64,000 bases of DNA from Thermodesulfovibrionales bacterium (GCA_049700155.1 JBNAVX010000020.1:13906-77905); one strand, 5' to 3'; shown: positions 18,790 to 28,856, counted from the first letter of the stretch. Program-made: numbers and translations. Notes: generated by a model from the letters alone, not told the origin.

Positions 18790-20032
18790 TCTTCTTAATA
18801 TTAGCTCCGAGTCTTAATAACTTCTCTTCTATCTTTTCATATCCTCTTTCAAGATGATAAATCCTGTGGATGACAGTTTCACCCTTAGCAGCAAGTGCTG
18901 CTACAATCAGTGAAGCACTTGCCCTTAAATCTGTAGCCATTAAAGGAGCTCCCTTCAATCTCGAAACACCCCTAACTGTAGCAGTGCTTCCTTCTACTGT
19001 AATGTCAGCACCCATCCTTCTGAGTTCTGCTACATGCATGAATCTATTTTCAAATATTGTTTCCCTGATCATGCTCGTACCTTCTGCAATACTCATTAAA
19101 GCCATAAACTGAGCCTGCATATCAGTCGGAAAACCTGGATAAGGCATTGTCTTTATATCCGTAGATCTTGGTCTTGAAGGACCTACTACCCTTATCCCAT
19201 CAGCTTTTTGTTCAAAGACAAGTCCTGCTTCTTTTAGCTTTATAATAGGTGCATCAAGATGTTCAACCCTGCATCCCTTGATAAGTATATCACCTTCAGT
19301 AATACCTGCAAATGTCATAAAGGTCCCAGCCTCAATTCTATCAGGTATTACAGAATAGTCCATGGGTTTCAGCCCTTCTACTCCTTCTATTTCTATAACA
19401 CTACTTCCCGCACCTTTTATCTTTGCTCCCATGGAGATAAGTGCATTTGCAAGATCTACCACCTCCGGTTCCCTTGCTGCATTTTCAATCAGTGTTGTGC
19501 CTTTCGCAAAAGTTGCAGCCATCATAAGGTTTTCAGTGCCTGTAACAGTAGGAATATCAAAATAAATTGATGTCCCTTTCAACTTTTTTGCATTCGCAAT
19601 AACATATCCAGATTCAAGTTCTATTTTAGCACCCATCTTTTCAAGCCCCATAAGATGTAAGTTGATCGGTCTTGCACCAATTGCACATCCACCCGGAAGA
19701 GAAACCTTTGCCTTTCCAAATTTAGCAAGCAAAGGTCCTAACACAAGAACAGACGCACGCATTGTTCTTACAAGTTCATAAGGTGCCTCAAATATCCTGA
19801 CCTTTTCTGTATTGATTATAGCTTTATTGTCTTCATGCAAAAACTCTGCACCAAGATATCTGAGTAGCTGACCCATTGTAAATACATCTTTTAAGGCTGG
19901 AATTCTTCCTATCACGCTGGTCCCAGTTGAAAGGAGAGAAGCAGTTATTATAGGCAGGGCAGCATTCTTGGCACCGCTTATCTCAACCTCACCTTTAAGT
20001 CTTTTTCCACCACGAATAACTAATTTGTTCAA
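18779..20032 (-). CDS. murA: UDP-N-acetylglucosamine 1-carboxyvinyltransferase MurA
   Basis: 417 aa. GAKNAALPI and [14 protein letters not shown] (catalytic Cys loop). The 3' end overlaps the convergent M28 gene by 11 nt. Confidence 0.97.
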   Translation of the reverse strand: MNKLVIRGGKRLKGEVEISGAKNAALPIITASLLSTGTSVIGRIPALKDVFTMGQLLRYLGAEFLHEDNKAIINTEKVRIFEAPYELVRTMRASVLVLGPLLAKFGKAKVSLPGGCAIGARPINLHLMGLEKMGAKIELESGYVIANAKKLKGTSIYFDIPTVTGTENLMMAATFAKGTTLIENAAREPEVVDLANALISMGAKIKGAGSSVIEIEGVEGLKPMDYSVIPDRIEAGTFMTFAGITEGDILIKGCRVEHLDAPIIKLKEAGLVFEQKADGIRVVGPSRPRSTDIKTMPYPGFPTDMQAQFMALMSIAEGTSMIRETIFENRFMHVAELRRMGADITVEGSTATVRGVSRLKGAPLMATDLRASASLIVAALAAKGETVIHRIYHLERGYEKIEEKLLRLGANIKKIKE

Positions 20033-20122
20033 TGTGCTTTTTTTATTATCCTTTAGATTTTTATTATTCTACAGAGAATCCTGATAAAAAGAAAGGTAAG
20101 TAAAAAATTATCAAAATCAAAC

Positions 20123-20151
20123 TTGACACCTTACAAATATTTTTTATAAAT
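20123..20151 (+). promoter_or_regulatory. Candidate sigma-70 promoter upstream of the psiE-like gene
   Basis: TTGACA (20123-20128), a 16-17 nt spacer, then TATAAAT (20145-20151). This implies a leader of about 150 nt that contains the 20-bp palindrome at 20254-20273. Confidence 0.4.
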
Positions 20152-20311
20152 AAAATTTAGCACCCTATTAATAGAGGCTAATAATCTTTATTTAAAAGTA
20201 TACTAACGCTATGCAAGAAATATCAAAAAATCTGAAGAAAAAACACCTCGCAAAGAAGTAGAATTCTACTTCTGGATCCATCGTGCCTTCCGAAGATATG
20301 TAGAGATAACT

Positions 20312-20728
20312 ATGGATATGATTATGATGGGTCTTGTTATTGTATCTTTTATTCTCATTGCAAAAACAATTTATTTATTAGGTCTATCTGTTTACGATCA
20401 GACAAATATCGCTCATGTTATTTCTGAAATTATGTTTATATTTATTCTTACTGATACAGTCAGACTGCTTATTGTTTATCTTGAATCTCATAGAGTAGCA
20501 CTTGATGTAATGGTTGAAATAGCCATAGTGGTTGTTATCAGAGAGATAATATTAACAGGGTTCCTCCATATACAACCAATAATGATAATTGTAGCATGTA
20601 TTTTTATATTATCTCTTGGGGCATTACTAAGATTTGGGGGAATCAGACCAACGGGCGAAGAAGTCTTCAGTGTGCATAAGCCATTTTTTGGTTCTTTTTT
20701 AAGAAAAAAGGAAGAGAAAAAGGGTTAA
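20312..20728 (+). CDS. PsiE-family (phosphate-starvation-inducible-like) integral membrane protein
   Basis: 138 aa with four hydrophobic segments. The pattern ...FILTDTVRLLIVYLE...IVVVIREIIL resembles PsiE. Confidence 0.45.
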   Translation: MDMIMMGLVIVSFILIAKTIYLLGLSVYDQTNIAHVISEIMFIFILTDTVRLLIVYLESHRVALDVMVEIAIVVVIREIILTGFLHIQPIMIIVACIFILSLGALLRFGGIRPTGEEVFSVHKPFFGSFLRKKEEKKG

Positions 20729-21492
20729 ACTATTATCACTTGCCCGCCTTTCAACATGCTCAGGTTCTTGATTTTAAGCAATCTTAATTCTTTCCTGATT
20801 ATTTTTGAATATTGAGGCTTGGGATGTGTAATATATATTTTATGGGGCATCTTTGCCATCTTTTTGAGTTCATCTTCCATAAGTTGAGCCGTGAGATGCC
20901 CAGTATTTATTGCAATCTCTTTCATGCTATTAGGGAAGGAAACCTCAATAATAAGACAATGTATCTGAATATCTCCTATACTCTTCCATGTAACATCAGT
21001 AGGACCAGTGTCACCTGAATAAAAAAATCTCCTCTGATTTCTGTCCTCTACCAGATATCCAACAGCAGGCACAGTATGATTAACTTCATAAGGAGTAACT
21101 GTATAACCATCAAGTTTTAATACCTTGCCAGGTTTAATAGCCATGAAATTCAAAATTGAACTCTCAGGGTCAGGAAGTATTGTAAAATCAGGCCAGATAT
21201 CACTATTGAAAAGATTTCTTTTTATAGTCCTGAGGACTGGAGGGATACTTATAATACATACCCTGTGTATTCTATTATTTACAATGATATTGTCTGCAAG
21301 AAAGGGAATACCTTTTATATGGTCAAGATGTGCATGCGTAATAAAGATATTTTTAATCTTGAGCTGTGATTTTTCATCAAGTACATTTGTAAGACTGCCT
21401 GCATCGAACAGTATTTCATCATCAAGTAAAAATCCAGGATGTGAATAACCAGGAAATTCAGCTCCATAACAACCAAGAACCTTTATCTTCAT
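20725..21492 (-). CDS. MBL-fold metallo-hydrolase, class II cyclic-nucleotide phosphodiesterase-like
   Basis: 255 aa. MKIKVLGCYG...FLLDD..LFDAG...ITHAHLDHIKG (HxHxDH motif), organised like CpdP-type cAMP phosphodiesterases. Confidence 0.65.
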   Translation of the reverse strand: MKIKVLGCYGAEFPGYSHPGFLLDDEILFDAGSLTNVLDEKSQLKIKNIFITHAHLDHIKGIPFLADNIIVNNRIHRVCIISIPPVLRTIKRNLFNSDIWPDFTILPDPESSILNFMAIKPGKVLKLDGYTVTPYEVNHTVPAVGYLVEDRNQRRFFYSGDTGPTDVTWKSIGDIQIHCLIIEVSFPNSMKEIAINTGHLTAQLMEDELKKMAKMPHKIYITHPKPQYSKIIRKELRLLKIKNLSMLKGGQVIIV

Positions 21493-21637
21493 TTAGACTC
21501 CTAAAAACAAAAATAAGTTTTAATAAAAGAAATTATAACTAAGAGAGGTGTAAATATAAAGGATAAATTTCCTTAAATAATACTTTTTACGTATCAATTC
21601 ATTGACAGTCATGATATTTTCTGTTATTTTTTAATAG

Positions 21638-22423
21638 ATGAAAAAAAATCTTCTTCCCTTTATTTTGATATTTTTTTCTATCAGCACAAATGTTAATGCC
21701 TTTGACCTAACTGGGTTACAACCTGTTGCTCCTTATGGTGTATTTTCCACATTTAGTGCTGAGAGCCTCCCGAAAGGAAAAGCAGCTTTCTCAACTGATG
21801 CCGAGATATTATTAGACCCTGATTACTACAGGTTCTTAATCAAGTCAGCTTATGGAATTACAGATAACCTTGAAATTGATATTACTGTACCATATGTGCA
21901 TAAATGGACTGACACAATAGATGGTTTTGAAGACTCTGCGATAGGTTTAAAACACAGAATACTTGATGAAGATAGCTTTGGATTATCAGTTGCATACATT
22001 CTGAATGCTTCTATCCCATCAGGTCGTGACGAATTCAGCACAGACGGGCGTTTTGGTGGAGGAATCATCTTCACAAAAAGGTTAGGACCAGTAAAGGGAC
22101 ATGTAAATTTTTTTTATGAAATTCCTGGTAAAGGTTCCTTTGATGAAGAATTAATTTTCGGAGCTGGTCTGGATTTTTCTGCATCACATAATGTTAAGAT
22201 ACTGGCAGAATTATATTCTAAAAAAAGTCACTACTCTGAAAAATTTGATTCTCTGGAAGGAAGGTTTGGTTACAGGATAAAAGCTACTGATATACTGTAT
22301 ACTACCCTTGGTGCAGGCTTTAATTTTAAAGACAATGGACCTGATTTTAGGATAATTTTTTCTCTGACTTTTCTATATCCATATGAAAAACGAGTAATTA
22401 AGAAGATATATGAAGAGGAGTAA
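21638..22423 (+). CDS. Outer-membrane beta-barrel protein (putative transporter, MetA-pathway-like family)
   Basis: 261 aa. Signal peptide ending NVNA-F, alternating amphipathic beta-strand pattern, aromatic C-terminal region. Confidence 0.45.
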   Translation: MKKNLLPFILIFFSISTNVNAFDLTGLQPVAPYGVFSTFSAESLPKGKAAFSTDAEILLDPDYYRFLIKSAYGITDNLEIDITVPYVHKWTDTIDGFEDSAIGLKHRILDEDSFGLSVAYILNASIPSGRDEFSTDGRFGGGIIFTKRLGPVKGHVNFFYEIPGKGSFDEELIFGAGLDFSASHNVKILAELYSKKSHYSEKFDSLEGRFGYRIKATDILYTTLGAGFNFKDNGPDFRIIFSLTFLYPYEKRVIKKIYEEE

Positions 22424-22434
22424 TAATATAAGAA

Positions 22435-22890
22435 ATGTTTGATATCGGGATGCAGGAGCTAATAGTAATTTTTATAGTGATACTCCTTGTTTTTGGTCCC
22501 AAAAGGGCACCAGAACTTGGCAGAGCTGTTGGTAAAGCCCTCGCTGAATTGAAAAAATCTTTTTATGATGTAAAAAAACAGGTAGAGACAGAATTTAAAG
22601 AGTCCACTTCTGATATTCAGGAGGCAACAAAATCTCTTGAAGACTTGAAAAAGAAATTTGAGTCAACTGTCAGAGAAACAGTCGGAGTGAATACCATACA
22701 ACAGCCTATAAAAGAGATAATTGAAGAGACTGATGAAACTGAAGAAGAAGATTTAGAGGAGGAAGAGGAGGAAGAAGAGGAGGAGATCAAATCAGAGAAA
22801 GAAGAATTAGAAAAAGATGTAACAAAACAGGAGAAAGATATACAGGACGAAAAAATTCAAAAGGAAAAGGGCTTAGATGAAAGATATTAA
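22435..22890 (+). CDS. tatB: Twin-arginine translocase TatA/TatB-family subunit (TatB-like N-terminus) with a long acidic tail
   Basis: 151 aa. MFDIGMQELIVIFIVILLVFGPKRAPELGR (TM helix plus hinge and amphipathic helix). The C-terminus is Glu/Lys-rich (EEEDLEEEEEEEEEE). Confidence 0.8.
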   Translation: MFDIGMQELIVIFIVILLVFGPKRAPELGRAVGKALAELKKSFYDVKKQVETEFKESTSDIQEATKSLEDLKKKFESTVRETVGVNTIQQPIKEIIEETDETEEEDLEEEEEEEEEEIKSEKEELEKDVTKQEKDIQDEKIQKEKGLDERY

Positions 22891-23656
22891 GATGCCTCTA
22901 ACAGAACACCTTTCTGAGCTAAGAAAAAGGATTATCATATGTCTTGTCTCCCTTTTAATAGGATTTGTGGCTTCTTTTGCCTATTCTGAGGTTCTGTTCC
23001 GATTTTTAACGATTCCCATTAGATATAATATTTCATTCAGTCTCAATTCACCTTTTATATCATTAATAGAGAAAAAAATAAAAAATAATCCGCCTCTTGT
23101 TTTTCTGGCACCCACAGAAGCATTCTGGATGCATATCAAGATATCAATGATTTCGGCACTGGTAATATCTCTGCCTGTAATTTTTTCACAGTTATGGAAG
23201 TTTGTGTCTCCTGGACTCTTACATAAAGAGAAAAAGTATGTTGTTCCTTTCGTTATTATTACAACCACTTTCTTTTTAATAGGCGCTGCGTATTGTTTTT
23301 TTTTAGTCCTGCCTTTTGCATTGGGTTTTCTACTCACGTATAAGACTGAATCAATGACACCAATGCTTTCAGTAGGTAATTATATTGACTTCTGTCTAAA
23401 ATTTATCCTTGCTTTTGGTGCAATTTTTGAACTTCCTATAGCTATCATTTTCTTTACCCGCATGGGTCTTGTAACACCACAGACCCTTGCAAAGCACAGA
23501 AAATATGCTATCATACTGGCATTCATAGTGGCTGCTTTTCTAACACCGACACCTGATGCATTCAATCAGACTTTGATGGCTGTCCCGATGATAATACTAT
23601 ATGAGCTGGGTGTGCTTGTCTCAAGAATATTTGCCAAAAGAAAGGTAGTCACCTGA
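22877..23656 (+). CDS. tatC: Twin-arginine translocase subunit TatC
   Basis: 259 aa. PLTEHLSELRKR start motif and six TM segments. The probable true start is ATG 22892, just after the tatB-like stop. Confidence 0.93.
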   Translation: MKDIKMPLTEHLSELRKRIIICLVSLLIGFVASFAYSEVLFRFLTIPIRYNISFSLNSPFISLIEKKIKNNPPLVFLAPTEAFWMHIKISMISALVISLPVIFSQLWKFVSPGLLHKEKKYVVPFVIITTTFFLIGAAYCFFLVLPFALGFLLTYKTESMTPMLSVGNYIDFCLKFILAFGAIFELPIAIIFFTRMGLVTPQTLAKHRKYAIILAFIVAAFLTPTPDAFNQTLMAVPMIILYELGVLVSRIFAKRKVVT

Positions 23657-23934
23657 TGCCTACTATAAGAGGAAAAAGTCTAAAAGCAATTTCATATGAT
23701 ATATCAGAAGGGTATCTTACAGTAAATCCTATCTTTCTGAAATCTCTCGATGATGAATCACTCAAAGCCCTTTACCAGGAAATCGCCAAAGTACAGGCAG
23801 AAATAAGGGCAGAAAAGTTTCCTTATAGTGACACTCAGTTAATAAGGATTAGAAATATGAGACTTCAGAGGCTCCACCAATCATTAATGGTCATCAAAAA
23901 CTTTGCAAGAGAGAGAAAGATAATGCTCATATAA
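23656..23934 (+). CDS. Hypothetical protein (92 aa), translationally coupled to tatC
   Basis: The ATG overlaps the tatC TGA by 1 nt (TGATG). The protein is basic and predicted helical. No family was recognised. Confidence 0.5.
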   Translation: MPTIRGKSLKAISYDISEGYLTVNPIFLKSLDDESLKALYQEIAKVQAEIRAEKFPYSDTQLIRIRNMRLQRLHQSLMVIKNFARERKIMLI

Positions 23935-23972
23935 CATTGACACTTAAAGGTTGATGTGATAGTTTTAAAAAT

Positions 23973-25628
23973 ATGGAGCAGACTGAAGATATAAGTTTAG
24001 TAAAAGATATACTCCAGACCATTATCAAAGCAAGAAAAACCCTCAGGATGTATCCTACAAATAATCCCATATATATAAAGACACTTGAAGAAACATATAA
24101 CAAATTCAAGGAATTCTTCGAATACAGAGATGATCTCTCATTCAGGATAGGACAAAACAGCATCTATTTTGATTCAGAAGAGATATACCATAAGGATGAA
24201 AAAGAAGATAATCTCGCGCTTTTTTTCTTTAAAGATGGTTTGAGAGAACTTACGTTCAAAAAAGGGTTATCACAGGAAGAACTGGAAGAGTTTTTTAAGA
24301 TTATCACGCTGGATTATGAAAGAGAGGTTGAAGATGAAGATATAGTTACTCTCTTATGGCAAAGGGATTTTCAGAACATCATATATATTGTTGATGACAC
24401 AGTTCTACTTGATATAGAAGGAGAAGATTATGAATTAAAGGCAGTTAGTGAGGCAAAACAGACTGTATCAGACATTGAAGGACTAATGAAAGCTTATAAT
24501 GAAGAGTTCAAAGAAGAAGATGTCAAGGAAGTTCCAATCATATCTTTTACTGATAAAGACTTAAAGACCCTGATGAAAGAGCTTGAAACTGATTCATTGA
24601 GTAAGATAGATAAATTGTCTGACATCCTTTTTGAAATGCTTTATCAGTCTGAAGAACTCGGGGGTATACTTGAGGACGTATTCAGATTTTTAAAAGATAC
24701 CATAAAATTTTCTATAAGTCAGGGGGATTTCAAGGCAGTTATTAAATTAATAAACAGAGCTAAAGATTTTATAGAGGAACCCTACTCAACAGAAGATACA
24801 AAAAGATATCTAAAATTGCTTCTTTTATATCCTTCAAGTGAAGAGATCATAAATCTTCTGGGTGAGGTTCTGGACAGTCCTATCAGGATTGACGATGAAG
24901 ACTTTAAAGAATTTATCAAGCTTCTTGATAAAAAGGCTATCTCACCTCTCATTAATGTGCTCGGTGAACTAAAAACATTCCGTGTTAGAGAAAAGGTTAT
25001 TGATGCATTGATATTCCTTGGAAAACAAGATATCAAGACACTTGCCATGAATATCAATGATCCAAGATGGTATGTTGTCAGAAGTATCATTAGTATTATC
25101 AGAAAAATAGGAGATAGAAAGGCAAATGAATATCTCTTAAAGAATATCCGACACAGTGATGTAAGGGTAAGAAAGGAGATAATCAAAGGCATCAGTGAGC
25201 TTGGGGGTGAAGAATCTTTACCACATCTAAAAGAGCGCCTTGATGATGTAGACGCAGGTGTTAGAATAGAAGCTGTAAGGGCGATCGGTAATATAGGTTC
25301 TAAAAGGGCAAAAAATATTATTCTTGAGAAGATTTCTGATAAGAGTTTTAAAGAAAGAGACTTTGAAGAAAAAAAAGAATTTTATCGGGTTTTAGCAAAG
25401 TGGAATAACGATCCTGAAATCTTTGACTTTCTAACAAAGATATTAAAAAAGGGTTCTTTTCTCTGGTGGACAAAAAACTATGAAGAGAAGGCTTGTGCAT
25501 CATTATGCCTTGGTCTTATAGGTAATAAAGAAGCCTTACCTCTCCTTTACAAACAGACAGGTTCTGGAAATAAATTACTTGATGAAGTAACTCAAACAGC
25601 AATTAAAAGGATAGAACGTGGTTCGTGA
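23973..25628 (+). CDS. HEAT-repeat protein (unknown N-terminal domain of about 330 aa plus C-terminal PBS-lyase-type HEAT repeats)
   Basis: 551 aa. Repeats such as DPRWYVVRSIISIIRKIGDRKA, SDVRVRKEIIKGISELGGEE and DAGVRIEAVRAIGNIGSKRA. Confidence 0.7.
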   Translation: MEQTEDISLVKDILQTIIKARKTLRMYPTNNPIYIKTLEETYNKFKEFFEYRDDLSFRIGQNSIYFDSEEIYHKDEKEDNLALFFFKDGLRELTFKKGLSQEELEEFFKIITLDYEREVEDEDIVTLLWQRDFQNIIYIVDDTVLLDIEGEDYELKAVSEAKQTVSDIEGLMKAYNEEFKEEDVKEVPIISFTDKDLKTLMKELETDSLSKIDKLSDILFEMLYQSEELGGILEDVFRFLKDTIKFSISQGDFKAVIKLINRAKDFIEEPYSTEDTKRYLKLLLLYPSSEEIINLLGEVLDSPIRIDDEDFKEFIKLLDKKAISPLINVLGELKTFRVREKVIDALIFLGKQDIKTLAMNINDPRWYVVRSIISIIRKIGDRKANEYLLKNIRHSDVRVRKEIIKGISELGGEESLPHLKERLDDVDAGVRIEAVRAIGNIGSKRAKNIILEKISDKSFKERDFEEKKEFYRVLAKWNNDPEIFDFLTKILKKGSFLWWTKNYEEKACASLCLGLIGNKEALPLLYKQTGSGNKLLDEVTQTAIKRIERGS

Positions 25629-27045
25629 AGACAATAAAGAAATCCAAAAAATATCGGCAGAGATAATTAATCAGACGTCTATTATTTTGAAGACTGCGCT
25701 TATTCATGAATCAACTAATATTGCTGTTAAAACAGCTGTGGAAAAATTAATATCTTTACTGAATCCACTAATTGAATCAGAAAAAAGTGTCACTCTTGAA
25801 CTTATTGGGGAGTTTTTTTATGTGAACAATACAAGGGTGCGTTATGCACTTGAATACCTTTTAAACTTTGATTTTCTTACCAAGGAATTCAGAAAAAGAG
25901 GTCTTGGAAGTGTCATCTTTAATAACCAGATCAGCCCTGAAGATATTCAAATATTCATTAAGGCATTCATAGCATCAGGGCTTTCAGAAGAACCATATGA
26001 AAAGATGCTTGAAATGATGGATAATTCTCGAAATATTCACATAGATAGGTTGAAAAAAATTATAGAAGATAGATTAAAAAGGATTGGAGAAGGTGAAGAC
26101 GTTGATACAAGAAGAATTATTAAAAAAACATATTTTAATGCTGTTTCATTTACAAAAGGTGTGATGAAGAAGATCCGCTCAGGTGAAAGGGCAGATATGA
26201 AAAAGGCAAAAAGGATAGTTGAATCAATGGTTGATCAATTACTTGAAGACGAACATCTTCTTCTCAGCCTTACAGCCCTCAAAGACTATGATGAATATAC
26301 CTACCATCACATGGTCAATGTTAGTGTGCTTTCGATGGCACTCGGCTTGAGACTTGGGCTAAATAGAATGGCTCTAACAGAATTGGGTCTTTCAGCATTA
26401 TTCCATGATATTGGAAAAATCCAGATTCCTAATGAAGTATTGAACAAGCCTACAAGTTTCACTGATGACGAATGGAAGATGATTAAAAAACATCCTATAT
26501 GGGGCGTGAAAGCAATTCTTGGTTTTGGACGTTTTGGAAGTACAACAATAAGGTCTGTTATCGTCTCTTTTGAACATCATATGAATTGTGATTTTTCAGG
26601 ATATCCTCATGTAAAAAAATACTCTGAGCTTGACCTTTATTCAAGAATAGTAGCACTTGCTGATCAGTATGATGCAATGACTTCATCAAGGGTTTATTCA
26701 AGGACTCCTATTCCTCCTGACAAGACTTTAAGTATCATGATGGAACATGCTGGGACAAAGCTCGACCCACTGCTTTATAAGTTTTTCATTAATATGGTAG
26801 GGATTTACCCGATAGGTACAATAGTGATGTTAAACACAAGAGAAATAGGACTTGTTTATGAGAGCAATATGGCTTTTGCAGACAGACCGAAAGTTCTGAT
26901 AGTCATTGATGACAAGGGCAAAAGTGTTCGGGGCCCAATTGTTAACCTCTCTGAGAAAGATGAAAATGGTAAATATATTAGGTCTATCATGAAAACTCTG
27001 GATCCAGAAAAATATAAAATAAATCTCGCTGAGTATTTCTTGTAA
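25618..27045 (+). CDS. HD-GYP domain protein (putative c-di-GMP phosphodiesterase) with an uncharacterised N-terminal domain of about 230 aa
   Basis: 475 aa. YHHMVNVSVL, LFHDIGKIQIP, HPIWG and HHMNCDFSGYPH (HD...GYP) motifs. The GTG start overlaps the HEAT-protein gene by 11 nt. Confidence 0.88.
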   Translation: MVREDNKEIQKISAEIINQTSIILKTALIHESTNIAVKTAVEKLISLLNPLIESEKSVTLELIGEFFYVNNTRVRYALEYLLNFDFLTKEFRKRGLGSVIFNNQISPEDIQIFIKAFIASGLSEEPYEKMLEMMDNSRNIHIDRLKKIIEDRLKRIGEGEDVDTRRIIKKTYFNAVSFTKGVMKKIRSGERADMKKAKRIVESMVDQLLEDEHLLLSLTALKDYDEYTYHHMVNVSVLSMALGLRLGLNRMALTELGLSALFHDIGKIQIPNEVLNKPTSFTDDEWKMIKKHPIWGVKAILGFGRFGSTTIRSVIVSFEHHMNCDFSGYPHVKKYSELDLYSRIVALADQYDAMTSSRVYSRTPIPPDKTLSIMMEHAGTKLDPLLYKFFINMVGIYPIGTIVMLNTREIGLVYESNMAFADRPKVLIVIDDKGKSVRGPIVNLSEKDENGKYIRSIMKTLDPEKYKINLAEYFL

Positions 27046-27996
27046 TTGTATAGAGGACCCTTGCATATTGACTCTCTTCAATATATACAATTCTATCCAA
27101 CCCTGAAATGCAATAGCTTCTGTTCATTCTGTTTTAATAGAGGCATAAAACATTTAGAAGACATTTCTGTGAATAATTTCAAGTCACTGCTCTCAATCTT
27201 TTCAGATATTGGGATCAAAGAATTAGATATACTTGGTGGAGAACCAACCTTGCATCCATATTTCGACAAATTAATTGATCTATCATATAAGAATAAATTG
27301 AAGGTTAATATCAGTTCAAATGGAAGTAATATCAACCTTTTGAAGAGTGTTTCAGATAAATACAATGATAATCAGATAAAGATAGGAATTTCATTAAATT
27401 CTAATCCTATTAGAAGGGAACTCCATGAATATATAATCAAATATAAGCCATTATTAAAAACTGTTTCCTCTAATTTACAGTTAATTCCGAAGGCAATCAA
27501 AAAATATCTGTATTTACCCGGAATAAAGTTTTATTTAATATTCATGGATATCCTTTATAAAGATGACCTTGAGAATTGCCTATCATTTTACGATTATTTC
27601 AAAGAAGTAAATTTTTTGAAAAATTTTTATGAACATATTTATGGTGTATTCTGTTCAGGATTTATTCCTGATATAGAAAGTTATCCAGTTCTTCAATATG
27701 TAAGATGTCCTGCAGGAACTACAAAACTTTCTGTTTTACCTGATGGTTCTGTGTATCCATGTTATCTTTTTTTTAGATATGAGGAGTTCAAACTCGGGAA
27801 TATATTTGTTGATGATTTTAAAAAAATTTGGGAGAATCCTGTTCTCGATTTTTTTAGAATTTTTGAAAAGAATAACTGTGTTAATACAAAATGTAATCTG
27901 TTCTCTGCTTGTCATGGCGGTTGTCCTGCTATAAGTTTTATGATATACGGTAGTCTCAATTCATCTGATCCCAGATGTGTTAAACAATTATCTTAA
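27046..27996 (+). CDS. Radical SAM protein with a C-terminal SPASM-type auxiliary-cluster domain (start codon uncertain, TTG)
   Basis: 316 aa. CNSFCSFC (CxxxCxxC), GGEPTLHP, then CPAGTTKLSVLPDGSVYPCYLF...CNLFSACHGGCPA. The gene begins immediately after the HD-GYP stop. There is no ATG; candidate TTG starts are 27046 and 27061. Confidence 0.85.
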   Translation: MYRGPLHIDSLQYIQFYPTLKCNSFCSFCFNRGIKHLEDISVNNFKSLLSIFSDIGIKELDILGGEPTLHPYFDKLIDLSYKNKLKVNISSNGSNINLLKSVSDKYNDNQIKIGISLNSNPIRRELHEYIIKYKPLLKTVSSNLQLIPKAIKKYLYLPGIKFYLIFMDILYKDDLENCLSFYDYFKEVNFLKNFYEHIYGVFCSGFIPDIESYPVLQYVRCPAGTTKLSVLPDGSVYPCYLFFRYEEFKLGNIFVDDFKKIWENPVLDFFRIFEKNNCVNTKCNLFSACHGGCPAISFMIYGSLNSSDPRCVKQLS

Positions 27997-28064
27997 AAAA
28001 TATTTTAAACTTTTGTAATGAAACCTAAGTTTAGTTTATGAAAAAAATGGAATAATTTATAATT

Positions 28065-28640
28065 ATGTCAGTAGAAAAAAAGATCTTATATTTTGAGAAA
28101 CCTGGCAGAGAAAATACTTCTGAGTGTCTTGAAGTCGTTAAAAAAGCACTTAAGAACGAAAAATATAAACACGTCGTTGTTGCCTCCACAAGTGGATATA
28201 CTGGCATAATGTTTTCTGAGGAACTTAAGAATTATGGTATCAATCTTGTGGTAGTAACTCATTCATCAGGTTTTAAAGAACCCAATACAATTGAAATGCC
28301 AGATGAGATTCGAGCGAAGATAATAGAAAATGGTGCGAAAGTCTTCACAGGTCCTATGTTAACCCATTCTCTTGAGACGAGTCTGGCATCAAAGTTTGGT
28401 GGTTCATATCCAACGCTTATTATCGCAAATACCCTCAGGAGGTTTGGCGAAGGTGCAAAGGTATGTTGTGAGATTGTTATGATGGCAACTGATGCAGGTT
28501 TAATCCCTGAAGGAGAAGACGTCATAGCAGTAGCTGGCACTGCAACAGGAGCAGACACTGTTATGGTAATTAAATCTTCTGCATCAAAGAGATTCCTTGA
28601 TTTAAAAGTCATTGAAATACTTGCAAAACCAAGGACTTAG
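28065..28640 (+). CDS. Pyruvate kinase alpha/beta (C-terminal) domain-like protein
   Basis: 191 aa. YFEKPGRENT...VVASTSG...VVVTHSSGF...KVCCEIVMMATDAGLIP...GADT pattern of the stand-alone PK_C-like family. Confidence 0.6.
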   Translation: MSVEKKILYFEKPGRENTSECLEVVKKALKNEKYKHVVVASTSGYTGIMFSEELKNYGINLVVVTHSSGFKEPNTIEMPDEIRAKIIENGAKVFTGPMLTHSLETSLASKFGGSYPTLIIANTLRRFGEGAKVCCEIVMMATDAGLIPEGEDVIAVAGTATGADTVMVIKSSASKRFLDLKVIEILAKPRT

Positions 28641-28856
28641 GCGGAGATTATAAAGTGATTTATTATATTTTTGTGCAATATTTTTTATTTTTATCTTGTA
28701 TAAAACTTGGCTTAATTTTATATATTTATTAAAAATTGTAGGACAAAAACTTACAATTTAGATAAAGAAATTCTTACAAAAAAATCAGAATTTTACCTAT
28801 ACATAATTTTTTGTTAAATTTGTAATTTTATAAAAACATTAAAGGAGGATAAAGAT

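Noticed and set aside
22730-22800. Purine-rich GAA/GAG repeat tract that looks like a microsatellite
   Set aside because: It is in frame and encodes the poly-Glu acidic tail of the TatA/B-family protein. It is a low-complexity coding region, not a repeat element or CRISPR-like array.
28733-28759. 8-bp inverted repeat AAATTGTA-N11-TACAATTT upstream of the cupin genes
   Set aside because: It is short and purely A/T-rich (apart from one G/C pair) in a roughly 85 percent AT spacer. The chance expectation is too high to call an operator without comparative data.
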